A stretch of 64,000 nucleotides of DNA from Enoplolaimus lenunculus. Its lineage: Eukaryota. The translations under genes were made by a program, and so were the position numbers. Under the pieces are notes generated by a model. It did no database searches, was not told the origin of the DNA, and was given only the letters and a program-made list of their open reading frames with translations. Shown one piece after another: positions 38,392 through 50,135 of the stretch; position 1 is the first letter of the stretch; every line of letters begins with the position of its first letter. The stretch is taken from the NCBI GenBank assembly GCA_030248215.1, contig JASANG010000753.1, positions 186,001 through 250,000 on the forward strand. Direction: 5' to 3'.

Positions 38392-39399
38392 ATGTCTTAC
38401 GTTGAAAAATACAACTTAAAACTGAAGCCAGAAACCATTCGATGTCCACATTGCCGACTTGAAGGTGAAACTGAAGTAACCACTGTGCCAGGCTGCAAAA
38501 CATGGGTGCCTTGTTTTTTGATGGCAAGCGTCGGGTGAGCTTATAATAGCATCAGCCAATGTAAAGAACAGGGGCGGCACAGTATCATAAGCTTATTCCT
38601 AAGCGTAAACCTAAGCCTAAGCCTATGCCTTTGAATATGCTCATTCCTACGCTTAGGCTTAGGCTTATGAATATGCTCATTCTTACGCTTAGGCTTAGGC
38701 TTAGGCTTATGAATATGCTCATTTCTACGCTTCGGCCTTAGCGTAAGAATGAGCATAAGCCTAAGCCTAAGCCTAAGCGTAGAAATGAGCTTATTCATAA
38801 GCCTAAGCCTAAGCGTAAGAAACACATTCCACACACAACAACCAAGAGAAAAATACATAAAAAGCTTACTCTATTGTAGTCTTCACAGAAAAACGTTCCG
38901 CCTCATCTTACATCCACACCTTACACCCCTGACTCATACATGGGCCTTAGCTTATATGGCCAATGTAAAGAAGAGGGGCGGAAAAGTATCATAAGCTTAT
39001 TCGTAAGCCTAAGCCTAAGCCAAAGCCCAAGCCTAAGTATTAACAGCCAATGTATAGAACACGGGCGGAACAGTACTATGAGCATATGCCTAAGCCTAAG
39101 CCTAAATTTAAGCCAAAGCGTAAGCCTAAACCAAACGAAAACATTAGTCTAAAGCTTAAGCTTAATCTTTTCTTGTTCCACAGAAAAACGTTCCGCCCCT
39201 GATCTTTACGTGGGCCAAAAACACTGTTAATAAATAATTTGTTTTCCATATTTTCAGGCTTATTTGCGGCTGTTGTTTTATTCCGTTTTGTAACGACAAC
39301 TTTCTTGACGCCGAACATCGGTGTTCGCATTGTCATCGACTGCTTGGCGTTTACAAACACTGGAAATGTTGCAAAAAGAAAAAACAAAAGAATGAATAA
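38392..39399 (+). CDS. Small LITAF-domain (zf-LITAF-like) protein, 2 exons, about 94 aa
   Basis: Exon 38392-38534 (MSYVEKYNLKLKPETIRCPHCRLEGETEVTTVPGCKTWVPCFLMASV, donor GG|GTGAGC) joins exon 39258-39399 (TTTTCAG|G; GLICGCCFIPFCNDNFLDAEHRCSHCHRLLGVYKHWKCCKKKKQKNE*). The CxxC - hydrophobic stretch - HxCxxC layout is the LITAF signature. Confidence 0.9.
38554..39216. mobile_element. Cluster of three telomeric-repeat MITEs or fragments filling the LITAF intron
   Basis: Left TIRs at about 38554, 38958 and 39045; right TIRs at about 38946 and 39216. The first copy contains an internally inverted TTAGGC block. Confidence 0.78.
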
Positions 39400-39483
39400 A
39401 TTTAAACTGTTGTTGGTTTGAAATATATTAATCCTGCTACACCAGTCGCATTTTGAGTTCATGTTTCAGCGATAGCTAATGAC

Positions 39484-40001
39484 GGTCCATGTAAAGATCA
39501 GGGGCGGAACGGTTTTCTGTGGGACTAGAAAAGTGTAAGCTTAAGCTTTAGACTGTTTTTTGTTTGGCTTAGGCTTAGGCTCAGAAATGAACTCATTTTT
39601 ACGCTTAGGCTTAGGCTTAGGGTTAGGCTTAGGAATAACCTCATTCTTACGCTTAAGCTTAGGTTTAGGGTTAGGCTTAGGAATAACCTCATTCTTACGC
39701 CTAGGCTTAGGCTTAGGCTTAGGCTTAGGAATAACCTCATTCTTACGCTTAGGCTTAGGCTTAGGGTTAGGCTTAGCAATAACCTCATTCTTACGCTTAA
39801 GCTTAGGTTTAGGCTTATGCTTAGGAATAAACTCATACTTACGCTTTGATTAAGGTTTAGGCTTAGGAATAAACTCATTCTTACGCTTAGGTTAAGGTTT
39901 AGGCTTACGCTTAGGAATAAACTCATACTTACGCTTAGATTAAGGTTTAGGCTTAGGAATAAGCGTATGATACTGTTCCGCCCCTGTTCTTTCTATTGGC
40001 C
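39484..40001. mobile_element. Telomeric-repeat MITE (Merlin-like), expanded form
   Basis: Perfect 8-bp TSD CTAATGAC; 518 bp with about 9-10 modules of (TTAGGC)n plus an AATAACCTCATTCTTACGC-type spacer. Confidence 0.9.
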
Positions 40002-41347
40002 CTAATGACTATAATCTGAACGCTTTTAGACACGCCTACACTTGAATCAAACCTAAAAACGTTTTTGTCTTAAAAGCAGAAATGCAATAATTGTTTGGCT
40101 ATTTTTGCTGGAAGCAGTTGGCGTTGTCTACCTTAACTTGGCGTTGTTAGCAGATTTATTTGACGAATACGACTTGAAGAATTCGATTTAAAAGAAATAG
40201 CGAAATTGGCTGAAATTAAGTTGAAATTAAGTAATAAATTTTGACACATATCGTCAGGTTTTAGTCAGACTATACTACGAATAATATACAATATGGAACT
40301 TTAGAGAATATTCTTTGGATGCGGTACAGTGCACAAAACGATTGGCTTTCACCGGATGTTCAGTGAAACTTTGCTGGTAATACTAAATCCACAAAACAAC
40401 TGAACAATAACAAGCAGTCCCTGAAAGGATCAAAAATACGGGGTACACATATCCTGTACGAATCAGTCATACGACATAAAACATTTAACAAAAATGGGCT
40501 GTATATTTATGATTTATTGCAGTTTTGAACGATAATTAACATTGTTAGGAAAAATTTGTTTTACCGTAGAAGCCGTCCGTTAGCAAATCGCAATCAAAAC
40601 CATGTAACCGTAAGCATTCGGTGGTTTTACTACACTTTCAAAAAACTGTTTTTTTAATCAATACTTGTATACTAAATCAAGTTCTCACTTATTTTTCTTA
40701 AAACTCTTGAAAACGGCATAAATAAGTTGTTGAAGAACGGATATTTTTTTAATGTTTCAATTAGGCAACTGAATAATACCAATATTAGAAAGATACTGAA
40801 AAGTTATAAAGGCACAAGTTCTAGACCAACAGAAACAAAAAATTGACTACAAATGACTTTCATCAAAACAAAGCACAAATCAGGTACCAACTTCAATATT
40901 ACCGGACATAACAATTTCATAGAAGACATAGATCGCTGATGGAAAATTAAAGGGTAGAATTGGTTAAATCCTAGCCCCAGGCTGCTTAAAAAGTTATGCG
41001 GTTTAACCAACATTTGTATATCACTAACAGCGTCTTCTGAGACAGTTCTTAAATTCCAAGCACCAAGCTAGAAATCGACCTAGAGCTACCAGTTGCAAGC
41101 CACGGAATAGGCAAATGAAACCTGCTACTCGACTGAGCCATTGCGGTATCTACAAACGTTTTCTTCACAGCGGTAAATTAATAAAGATATTAGGAAATGC
41201 AAGTGCAAATAGAAATTTGCAAACCTCACGTTATGTATTGCAGTTAATTTAATACGTACAGGATGCAGCTAGTAAGTGTTTTTTTACTAAAACTAAGATT
41301 TAAGCTTTGAATGTTTGCACATAGAATCTGCAACAAATTTTCTTTTA

Positions 41348-41600
41348 CACTGTAAATTTCAATGCAGTTGATAAATCAACTCAGCTAGAGAGTTGGTTAT
41401 CTCTGAATTAATGTCAGTAAACATCAACTCACTTTGAGTTGAATTAATTCACGCTCTGAGTTCAGTTGATTCCGGGTAAGTCGAATAATGAAATCAGAGT
41501 GAGCTTTACTAACTCAGAATTGTGAGTTCTGAAAATCCTAACTCAGATTGAGTGATTCAACTCATTCTGAGTTGAAATCAACTCACTGGGATTTAGAGTG
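41348..41600. mobile_element. About 250-bp CACTGTAAA...TTTACAGTG MITE; sisters at 43361-43594, 51091-51341, 51693-51954 and 53629-53875
   Basis: Shared AACTCA/TGAGTT-rich interior. The 2-bp TSD is TA in most copies but AA at 43361-43594, favouring a CMC-type rather than strict Tc1 target. Confidence 0.83.
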
Positions 41601-42512
41601 TAAGATAGCTAAGCCAAAATCCAAAAATATCCGCGACGTGATCAGATATTAAACAAAACAGCCGTTGTAAACCCAGCCATTTGACTCGTTTAAAAGAGAC
41701 AACCTCCAGGCCGTCTCCATAAACCTCAAATAACCGTTCGCCACGAGGGCGACGTTAACAATGATTTTAGGTATACAATTTGCATATTAGCAGAAGCTTC
41801 AACGCTACGTGAGCAATGCTTACTTAGGCTCTACCGACTCAACTCGGGACCTGCATAAAGAACACTTGGCCAATCTCTGGTTTAGCGATTTATTGGTATT
41901 TAGGTTAAATTTTCAATATTGAACTTAATGAAACAATTGGTTATGACCCGTGGTTGTGGTTAATCGTTACTGTTGTGTCAAAGTTAGTTATTCTCCAGAA
42001 AAACGCAACTGACCAACTTGTACCGTCAAATTTTTAGCCTTCGCACATTTTACCCCACAAACTTAACCTCAATTTCCCCACAAGTTCGGCGTCAAGCTTA
42101 GCATCAGGCTTAACTATCATAAAAATCTCAAGCCGAAACCTAATATTTGCCTAACCCGTAACGTTATCCTGAGCCTTAACCTAATAAATGTGGTCGAAAG
42201 TGCACAAGAGCCATATTTATAACCCAAGCCCGCGTTTGTTGTATCTTATTGTACAATAACATTCTTATGATTCATACGAAATTTTCTTTACAAAATGCCT
42301 GCATAAAGCTAGCAAACAGTTTTAGCTGATTATTTTGCAAAATGTACTGTTTATCAATAACGTTTGTTTGTGCAATTTTATGCTAAAACTACAGCACATT
42401 AGCTGAAAACGCTTAATAAACTATAAAGCAACAATACTACGGGCTAAAGTCAGCTAAATTAAAAAAAATTTGACCTGCTAAAGTGACTTATTTCAATTTT
42501 TTTTAATTTTTG

Positions 42513-42912
42513 GGGCCAATGTATAAAACAAGGCCGTAAACAGTAGTACAAGCATATTCCTATGTGTAAACCTAAGCCTAAGCCTAAGCGTAACAACGAG
42601 TGGCAAATGTAAAGATCGGGGGCGGAACGTTTTTCTGTGGGACAACAATACAATAAAGCTTAAGGGTTAGACTAATTTTTATGCAAGCTTGGGCTTAGGC
42701 TAAGGCTTAGGCTTTTATGAATATGCTCATTCATACGCTTAGGCTTAGGCTTAGGCTTAGGAATACGTTTATAGTACTGTTCCGCTCCCCGTTGTTTGCA
42801 TTGGCTGAACGAGTTTACACATAAAGCCTAAGCAGAAATATTAGTCTAATGCTTAGCTTAATCTAATGTAGTCGCGCAGGTAAACGTTACACCCCTGATC
42901 TGTACATGGGCT
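42513..42912. mobile_element. Telomeric-repeat MITE with a second copy (42602-42806) nested in opposite orientation
   Basis: The inner element is flanked by CAACGAGT/GAACGAGT (7/8 TSD), and the outer element resumes after it. Confidence 0.8.
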
Positions 42913-43237
42913 ATTATTGGGAAGAAAACTTCGTATATTTTACAAACTGAAAATGCTAAAATTCTAAGTAAATGCTCAAAAAACGCTGTGAATTACAAGG
43001 CTTTGACTGTTTTGATTATTAATTGACTCGCGAACGAGAGGTCCGAGGTTCGATTCCCGGCGTGGCGATATCTTTCGGAGATATGAACGATAACAACCAT
43101 GTGTATTCGCAGTAATTCGGGGAAGGGGGTCATCCCGACCGTAACAGTTCTGACAGTCCTTATGCATTGAAATTCTAAATCTTATACTACATTGTAGCTA
43201 TTAGGGTCTTAGACAATATTTTAGTTCGTTTACCGAT

Positions 43238-46200
43238 ATGGATTCTAATTCATCTTCACACAATACAGAGTTTGTTGGTTTGTTCAGTTTAATAGAACAG
43301 GTAAGCATTTAAATTTAGCCAGAAAAGAAATCAGTAAAATAAAAAACATGAGAACTGCAACACTGTAAATTCCAATGAGTTAATTAATCAACTCAGACGA
43401 ATAGTTAGTTTTTTTTCTGAGTTAATAAAAGTTAACTAGAACTCACTCTGACTTAAGCTGATTCTCACTCTGAGTTGAGTTGATTATAGGGAAGTTGGTT
43501 AATTAAATCAAAATTATGAGTTCGGATAGTCCTAACTCAGACTGAGTGATTCAACTCATTTTAAGTTAAAATCAACTCACTGAAATTTACAGTGAAGTTC
43601 TGATAGTTTTATCGTACCATGTTCTATGCTTGCTGGTTGATCCAAGAGATGGGCGAAGTCTGGCCTAAGCCGCGCATTTGGGATCCAAAACATTAAACTT
43701 TGTATTTAGAGTTATTGGTAAAATTACGTTTAGCTTATCCATCGCTTTGCGCTCGAGTTTTTGACCTGTTATAGTTCGAACAAAGTGTCTCAAGTTATAT
43801 TAACCACATGATATAAAATACTATCTTCGCTACTCAGCATACGTATTTTGGGCATCGTTCCAACAAAAAATACGGTTTGTTGTGTAAACGTTCATGTGAA
43901 AAAGCATGCATTTTTGTATATATGTCGTAGACCAATTTGCTATTCTGGCCAATTACCAATCAGACTACGCCAATTTGCTGTTCTGAGCAAAGGCGAAATA
44001 GCGATTGTAAGATGAAGCAAAACAACAGTGATGCAAAACCAACGCTGATTGGTTGACAGTATTACGTGTGTTCAAATAATCAAATCTGATTGGTCTATAA
44101 GTCGAATAGCACTATAGCCCAAGCGAAACTGTTATTACGTTAAATTGCAGATTAGCATATACTAAATTAGTAGTTGGTCTGAATAGCAGATTAGCCTACG
44201 ACATATACATAAATAATATATGCCAGAAACGTTGATCTGCGACTATATGCTTTGTGATTTGAGTGTTACAAATTAGCTTGAAACTAAATTTTAGATAAAT
44301 CAAGCACTACACAGCGAACAAATTACTACGTCAAAAATATTAGCCATAATTGAACGCAAAACAGGTGTTCCAAAACAACGCATAGCGTACGGTCTCGGAG
44401 CTGGGCTTGCAATCTACTTGGTTGTTGGTTATTTTGCGCAACTCGTTTGCAATTTAGTCGGATTAGCCTATCCAGCTTATGCTTCAAGTATAACCTGAAA
44501 TTTTGTATTTATAATTTTTTTGCTTAGTAAATTTTTTTCAATTCAAAGTTGACTCGTTTGCGTACTCTGGAGGCAAGAAGTAACACTTTGGCTTAGAATA
44601 TGCTTTGGTTAAGCCACTAAAAGTAACACTGGTCACGTCTTTTGTTGCAAGGATATATTTTTTACCAGAACCGGGAACGGAGAACGCCGGTTGTGCCATG
44701 TGTGTGCCTGCGAACAGGAATTGTTTTGTAAGGAATTCAAGAGCATTTTTATTATGGGCCAAAAATGTCTCTTTCTAAACATACCCCAATCTTTTAATGC
44801 TGTAGTGCAAATTTCGGCATTGGGTAAAATGATCATAGGGGATGGATGTGCCCCCATCATCGTAGTTGCTGCTCTGTACCTATGTCACTGGCTGTAGACC
44901 CGTGACTATTTTAATAAAAATATCATGGTGCAACTGGAGGTGAAAAATACCGGAGCCGGAACCGGAGGTGAACGAAACTTACCGGAGCCGGAGGTGAGGC
45001 GAAATTAAGTTGTAAAAATGATGGTTAATTAGTAAATTTTAGCCAATATCTGCAAAATGTTGTTAATTGTTTGGTTTCACGCTAATTTTCTGCGAAATTT
45101 TAACAATTCTTTCATAAAAATTGTGACAAAAGTCAATTGAAACGCGCTAAACTGATAAATGTTGGAAAATTATGCAAAATTTTACTACAGAAAACTGCAA
45201 CCTTCGTCAAAAATTATACCGGAGCCGGAGCCGGAGGCCGATATTCTGCCGGAGCCGGAGGCAGACCTCCGGTTGCACCCTGATATATCTGTATATATAT
45301 ATATGTATTTATATATGTATATATGTTAAAATATGTATATACATATATATCTATGTATATACATATATTTATACATATATATGTATATACATATATGTAT
45401 ATACATACATACATATACATATATTTATACATATATATGTATATACATATATGTATATACATACATACATATACATATATATACATATATATTTCAGTGG
45501 CAGCGTTGAAAACTAAAAGGCTGGAAGACGACTCGCAATGGCTGACGTATTGGGCAATATATGCGATTTACAGCTTATTCGATTTCGTTTCCGATGGAGT
45601 AATGAGGTTAGTATTAATGTTGTGCAGTTACCACCTTTTCTATACTGGCCGACCGGCTTTCGGCCAACGAAACCTTTGACCAACCGTCCGATCGTTGGCG
45701 GCCGGCCAGGCCAATATACCAATTATAAAAATCAAGCATGTTTATGGTATATATCGTTACGTTTCTAGAAGATATAGCATTCATTTTAGTCTCACTAATG
45801 TCGGTCCCACGTTATTACTGGTTTGGGTTGCACATAATATGTCCATCCTAATTCAGTTGTCCGTGAATGCAACAGACTATCACAGAAACTATGTGTTGAC
45901 TCTATGTCCGTACACAGTTTATTTTGATGAAATGTCCGCGTATAATATGCGTAGGCATTCTAAAAACACGTTTATCTCAGATTCTTTTCCCACATTTCAC
46001 TGGACTAAAAGAAAAGAAAACGTAATAAAAAGTCAAACTTGATGCATGGATACAGTATTGGTTTTTGAACAGAGTATAAAAAACGTTCGGTTTTAAAACG
46101 GAGAGTCTAATGCTCTTAATTCTTGGTGTCCGGGCACGGTTTCAAGCAATGAATTTTTTGTCGACAGGTAGCTAGAGACATATAAACGGACACAAAGGTT

Positions 46201-49200
46201 TAACTAGCCAACTGTCCGCGGACAACATAGCCTTTGAAAAAACGCTTGGACATTTTTTGTGCAAAGCAAACGTACCGCAACGTGTGACTGACATAAATTG
46301 AACAAGAAACGACTGTGAGTATATGCGGCGTAGCTTGTGTATGTACAGAGTGTGTAATGTTAAGACACATACATACTCGTGCACATATAGCACCAGAGGA
46401 AATTATGATATCGGCCGCGTGGTGTAATTGGTAGCGCGCTTGACTCGCGAGCGAGAGGTTCAAGGTTCGATTCTCGGCGTGGCCATATCTTTCGGAGAAA
46501 TTTATGGGAAAAACAATAATATTCGCGGTACTTCGGAAAAAGGGGTCGTCCCGACCGTGCAGTTCTGACAACGACCACGTTGCGAAATATGCGTAAACTA
46601 ACAACAAGTTCAATAGTATTCCATAAGCTTTAACAGAAGACAGTTTACCGTATTTTTTCCGAACATTTTATATGCTACTACGTCTATGCAAAATTGCAAA
46701 ATATTGTCCATCACTTTCTTTTCATGCAATTACGATGAAACGTTTAATGATCTAAATATTGGCACATGTTTACGCTGAGGACCACAACGGTGCCCCAGGA
46801 AAAAACAAGCAGGAGTGCAGCGTAGACAAACCAGCGCTCAACGCATATACATGCTTTACATATAAATTTATTTATATATAGTGAACAAGGGCATAGCAAT
46901 GCGGATTTTAGGTGTATATTTCTGACATTTTACGGCAATGACTGATTTTTCCCATTCTGAAACTGTAGACAGAACTCATAGCTATGATAAACAAACAAAA
47001 CGTAAACCTAAACTAACTTCAATTATGTTGAATCTAAACGTTTTACATTTCAAAATCCTCCTTAATCGGTGTGAAAATCTTCGATGATTTAATTCGACTA
47101 CATTTCCTTTATTATTGTCAAAAAATATTCATATATCAGTACTCCGGTGAAATATTTCACTATATTTTAATAACAGTCAATGGAACACAGATCATCTGAA
47201 ACGCTTTAGATTTCTCACTATACGAGCTGTCTAGAATGCAACTGCAACCAAAGTAGTTTCAACTGGTGATTCAATCTTAACATTGACCATGATAATAACA
47301 GTAGGCAACATTTGTTTTCTGCGGGACTGCAATAGAGCAAGAGTAAAGGTTGCGCTATACTTGACGCCCGGCGCCGTTCGTCACCGTCCGTCACCATACG
47401 TCATTGTACCTGAGTTATTTGTGTACGATGCCGCACGGTGACGGACATCGCCGCACGTCAAACAAGCATAGCGCGACCCTAAGCCTTACACTAATTTTTT
47501 GCTTAGGCTTGTAGGCTTTTCGTACTAACTCGTTTCTCACGCTTAGGTTTAAGCATATCTTTAGGAATATACTTATACCACTGTCACAACCCAGTTGTAC
47601 ACACAAAAAAGTATTTCTGAATTTATTCAGAAAAGTATTTTCTGTGGCAAATCTGAAAAGTTTTTCTGATATTTAAGACAATTTCTCTAAACATAACTGG
47701 AAAACTTATATTTTCAGATTTTATTTCAAAACTTTTTTGAAAATTTTCCTGTTATAACAGAAACACTTTTCAAGTGCACCTTGCTAATTATATTTCTTAA
47801 ATGTAAGAATTTTTTTCTTAAATATCAGAAATATTATTTTGAGTGTATACATTGGCCGTTACTTGCAGCGGTCAAAAACTTGCAGCTGCAATTAAACTTG
47901 CACGTGCAATTTGTACCTGCGAGTCCGCTCTGTCTTGCACGAGTGTGACCGGAGCTAAGTATATCCTTGGACTCAAGTTGGCTCTAAATCGTCAGCTTCG
48001 GTTTGTTTTTAATTTTAGATATTTTCCATTTTACTGGCTTGCAAAGTGTGCATTTTTGATGTGGTTATATTTGCCGCCGTCACGTGGCGCGTACAAACTT
48101 TGGAAACGCGTTATTGAGCCAGTGTACGACAAATATGTTCCGCTAATCACGCAGACAATGCCTAAAGTATGCAAGTGAAAGCTACGTTCAGTTCAATTTT
48201 AATTCTCAACCAAAGGGTTGAACGGCAAGAGGGCGGGGGCCCCATGGCTTTTGGGTTTATCATTATTTCAGTAAACGGGGTTGCTACGAATAGCTGGTAA
48301 AACCGATATATGCATATTATATGCAATCTTGCCAATGTTACTTTTAGGGCAGTAACAGTGGATTAAGCGTATTTCTAAGCGTAAGGCTATGCCTAAGCGT
48401 TGAAAAAGTGTGTTCCTAAGCCCAAGCTTAAGTCTAAACCTAAGCCTAACCAAAAAATTGTAATCTAGAATCTAAGCCAACTGTTTTATGGACCTACCAG
48501 AAACCTGGACGTCCCTAAAAGTAACATGGACCTGCAATCTGGTGCAGTCATTGCCAAACCAAAATGTTGGCTTTAGCTAATGATAGCATACGATTTATAA
48601 TTATGATCCGTATTCTCAAATGTATGTACCACCGGCAAATGTTACTTTTAGGGTCGTAAGAGTAGGTTAAGCGTATTTTACTAAGCCTAAGCATAAAGTG
48701 TTGCAAAAATATGCTCCTAAGCCTAAGCCTAAAGTGTTGCAAAAATATGCTCCTAAGCCTAAAGCCTAAGCCTAAGCCTAAGCAAAAACATGTAATCTAG
48801 AATGTAAGCCTACTCTTTTACAAACCCACCAGAAACCGGAACGGCCCTATAAGTAACACGGGCCGTAGCACGTAACATTTCAAATGTTCGGCTTTCAAAC
48901 AAGCAAACTGCCACAGTTGAGGATTTCAAAACGGGCACACAAAAGTAGTACCGGTGGAATGTAGGGTACAAAGTGGGCGAATATTCGAATTTCATCACTC
49001 TGTGGTTTACAAACTTACGAAATATATCACTAAATGGTGCTAGTTTGCTTCCAATGCCGACGGAATTGCCCCCCAAACCCCCAAGTTGTTGTCTCGACGT
49101 TAAGAAAGACCCCTGTTTGGCAAAGTAAATTTTTTCGCGGACTTAGTTTTGCTTGCAAGTATTACAGTACATGGATAGAGCTGTGAAACGTTTTATTGGA

Positions 49201-50135
49201 CGTCTCTGGCCTGTTTGACAGGATGGCTATCCTAATACCGGTCCTGGTGGCTTCACCCATTCGAGAATACAGTCATATTAGTTAAAATTTCAATATTTAA
49301 CCTGTTAAGAAGTAAAAAAAATGCAGACGTGCAACCCCCACGACTCTTTTCGCGGATTGAAAATCGCTACTCGATTCAAAATACTAAATTTTATTAAGTT
49401 GCATTGAACTCGACTACAGCAACTCTTGTTCAGAACAGCTCAAACAGCTTCCAGAAAGAGTTACACGAGAGATGAAAAATATGACTAATGTATAGAACAG
49501 CGCCGGAACAGTAGTATAAGCATATTCGTAAGCCTAAGATTATAAAGCGTGAGCAAAAAATTAGTCTAAATCTTAAGCTTGCTCTGTTGCGGTTCCCTGA
49601 AACAAAAACGGTCCGCTACTGATCTTTACATGTGTCGCAAATATTTTGCAACAAATATTTATTTCAATCTTCTGTCAAATAGGTGTTCAGGACACCATAT
49701 ATTCAAGATATTGCTAATCCTGACTACTAGTGGTTGAAGTATCAGCCAATGTACAGGACAAGGGCAGAACAGTATTACAAGCATATTCCTAAGCCTAAGC
49801 CTAAGCTTAAGCGTAACAATGAGCATATTCCTAAGCCTAAGCGTAAGCGTAAGAATAAACATATTCCTAAGCCTAAGCCTTACCGTAAGAACGAGCATAT
49901 TCCTAAGCCTAAGCCTTAGCCTAAGGCAATCCAGGCAAAAAATGTCTAAACCTTTAGGCTTTTAGCCTAAGCCTTAATCCAGGCAAAAAAAATTTGTCTA
50001 AACCGTAAGCTTACTCTATTGCAGTCCCACAGAACAACGTTCCGCTCCTGATCTTTACATTGGCCGAAGTCTCTTAGCATTTTACCTGGCAGCTAAATAA
50101 GTTTATCTCTGTTTCAGGTAAAGCAAGAAGACTAA
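43238..50135 (+). CDS. REEP5: REEP5/DP1/Yop1-family ER-shaping membrane protein (TB2_DP1_HVA22), 5 coding exons
   Basis: Exons 43238-43300, 44295-44487, 45498-45606, 48019-48166 and 50118-50135 splice in frame. Translation includes [44 protein letters not shown] and [30 protein letters not shown]. The last micro-exon (VKQED*) is less certain, and the exact paralogue assignment is not established. Confidence 0.9.
45285..45492. repeat. Degenerate (TA)/(TACA)/(TATG) microsatellite
   Basis: Low-complexity purine-pyrimidine alternation ending directly at the REEP5 exon 3 acceptor. Confidence 0.93.
46413..46575 (+). mobile_element. tRNA(Ala-CGC-like)-derived SINE; 5'-truncated sister at 43023-43155
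   Basis: The head GGCCGCG...CGTGGCCA has an intact acceptor stem and A and B boxes but a mispaired T-arm. About 90 bp of non-tRNA body (TATCTTTCGGAGA...GGGGTC.TCCCGACCGT..AGTTCTGACA) is shared by both copies. Confidence 0.8.
48330..48532. mobile_element. Telomeric-repeat MITE (Merlin-like), subfamily C
   Basis: TIR GCCAATGTTACTTTTAGGG / CCCTAAAAGTAACATGGACC with perfect TSD TGCAATCT. A sister copy lies at 48633-48864. Confidence 0.87.
49744..50065. mobile_element. Telomeric-repeat MITE (Merlin-like), subfamily A
   Basis: Both TIRs, flanks GAAGTATC/GAAGTCTC. Confidence 0.83.

Noticed and set aside
45172..45516. YIYIY-rich ORFs (also 58246-58488)
   Set aside because: They are translations of TA-type microsatellites. 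Only 45498-45606 is a real exon.
46413..46485. Functional tRNA-Ala(CGC) gene
   Set aside because: The T-arm and anticodon stem have mismatches, there is no oligo-T terminator directly after, and the downstream body is shared with another copy, so it is called a SINE.
14828..49919. Many ORFs rich in LRLR, SLSL, GLGL or PKPK (e.g. 14828-15109, 28456-28893, 39525-39926)
   Set aside because: They are translations of (TTAGGC)n inside MITEs or the interstitial tract, with no evidence of being genes.
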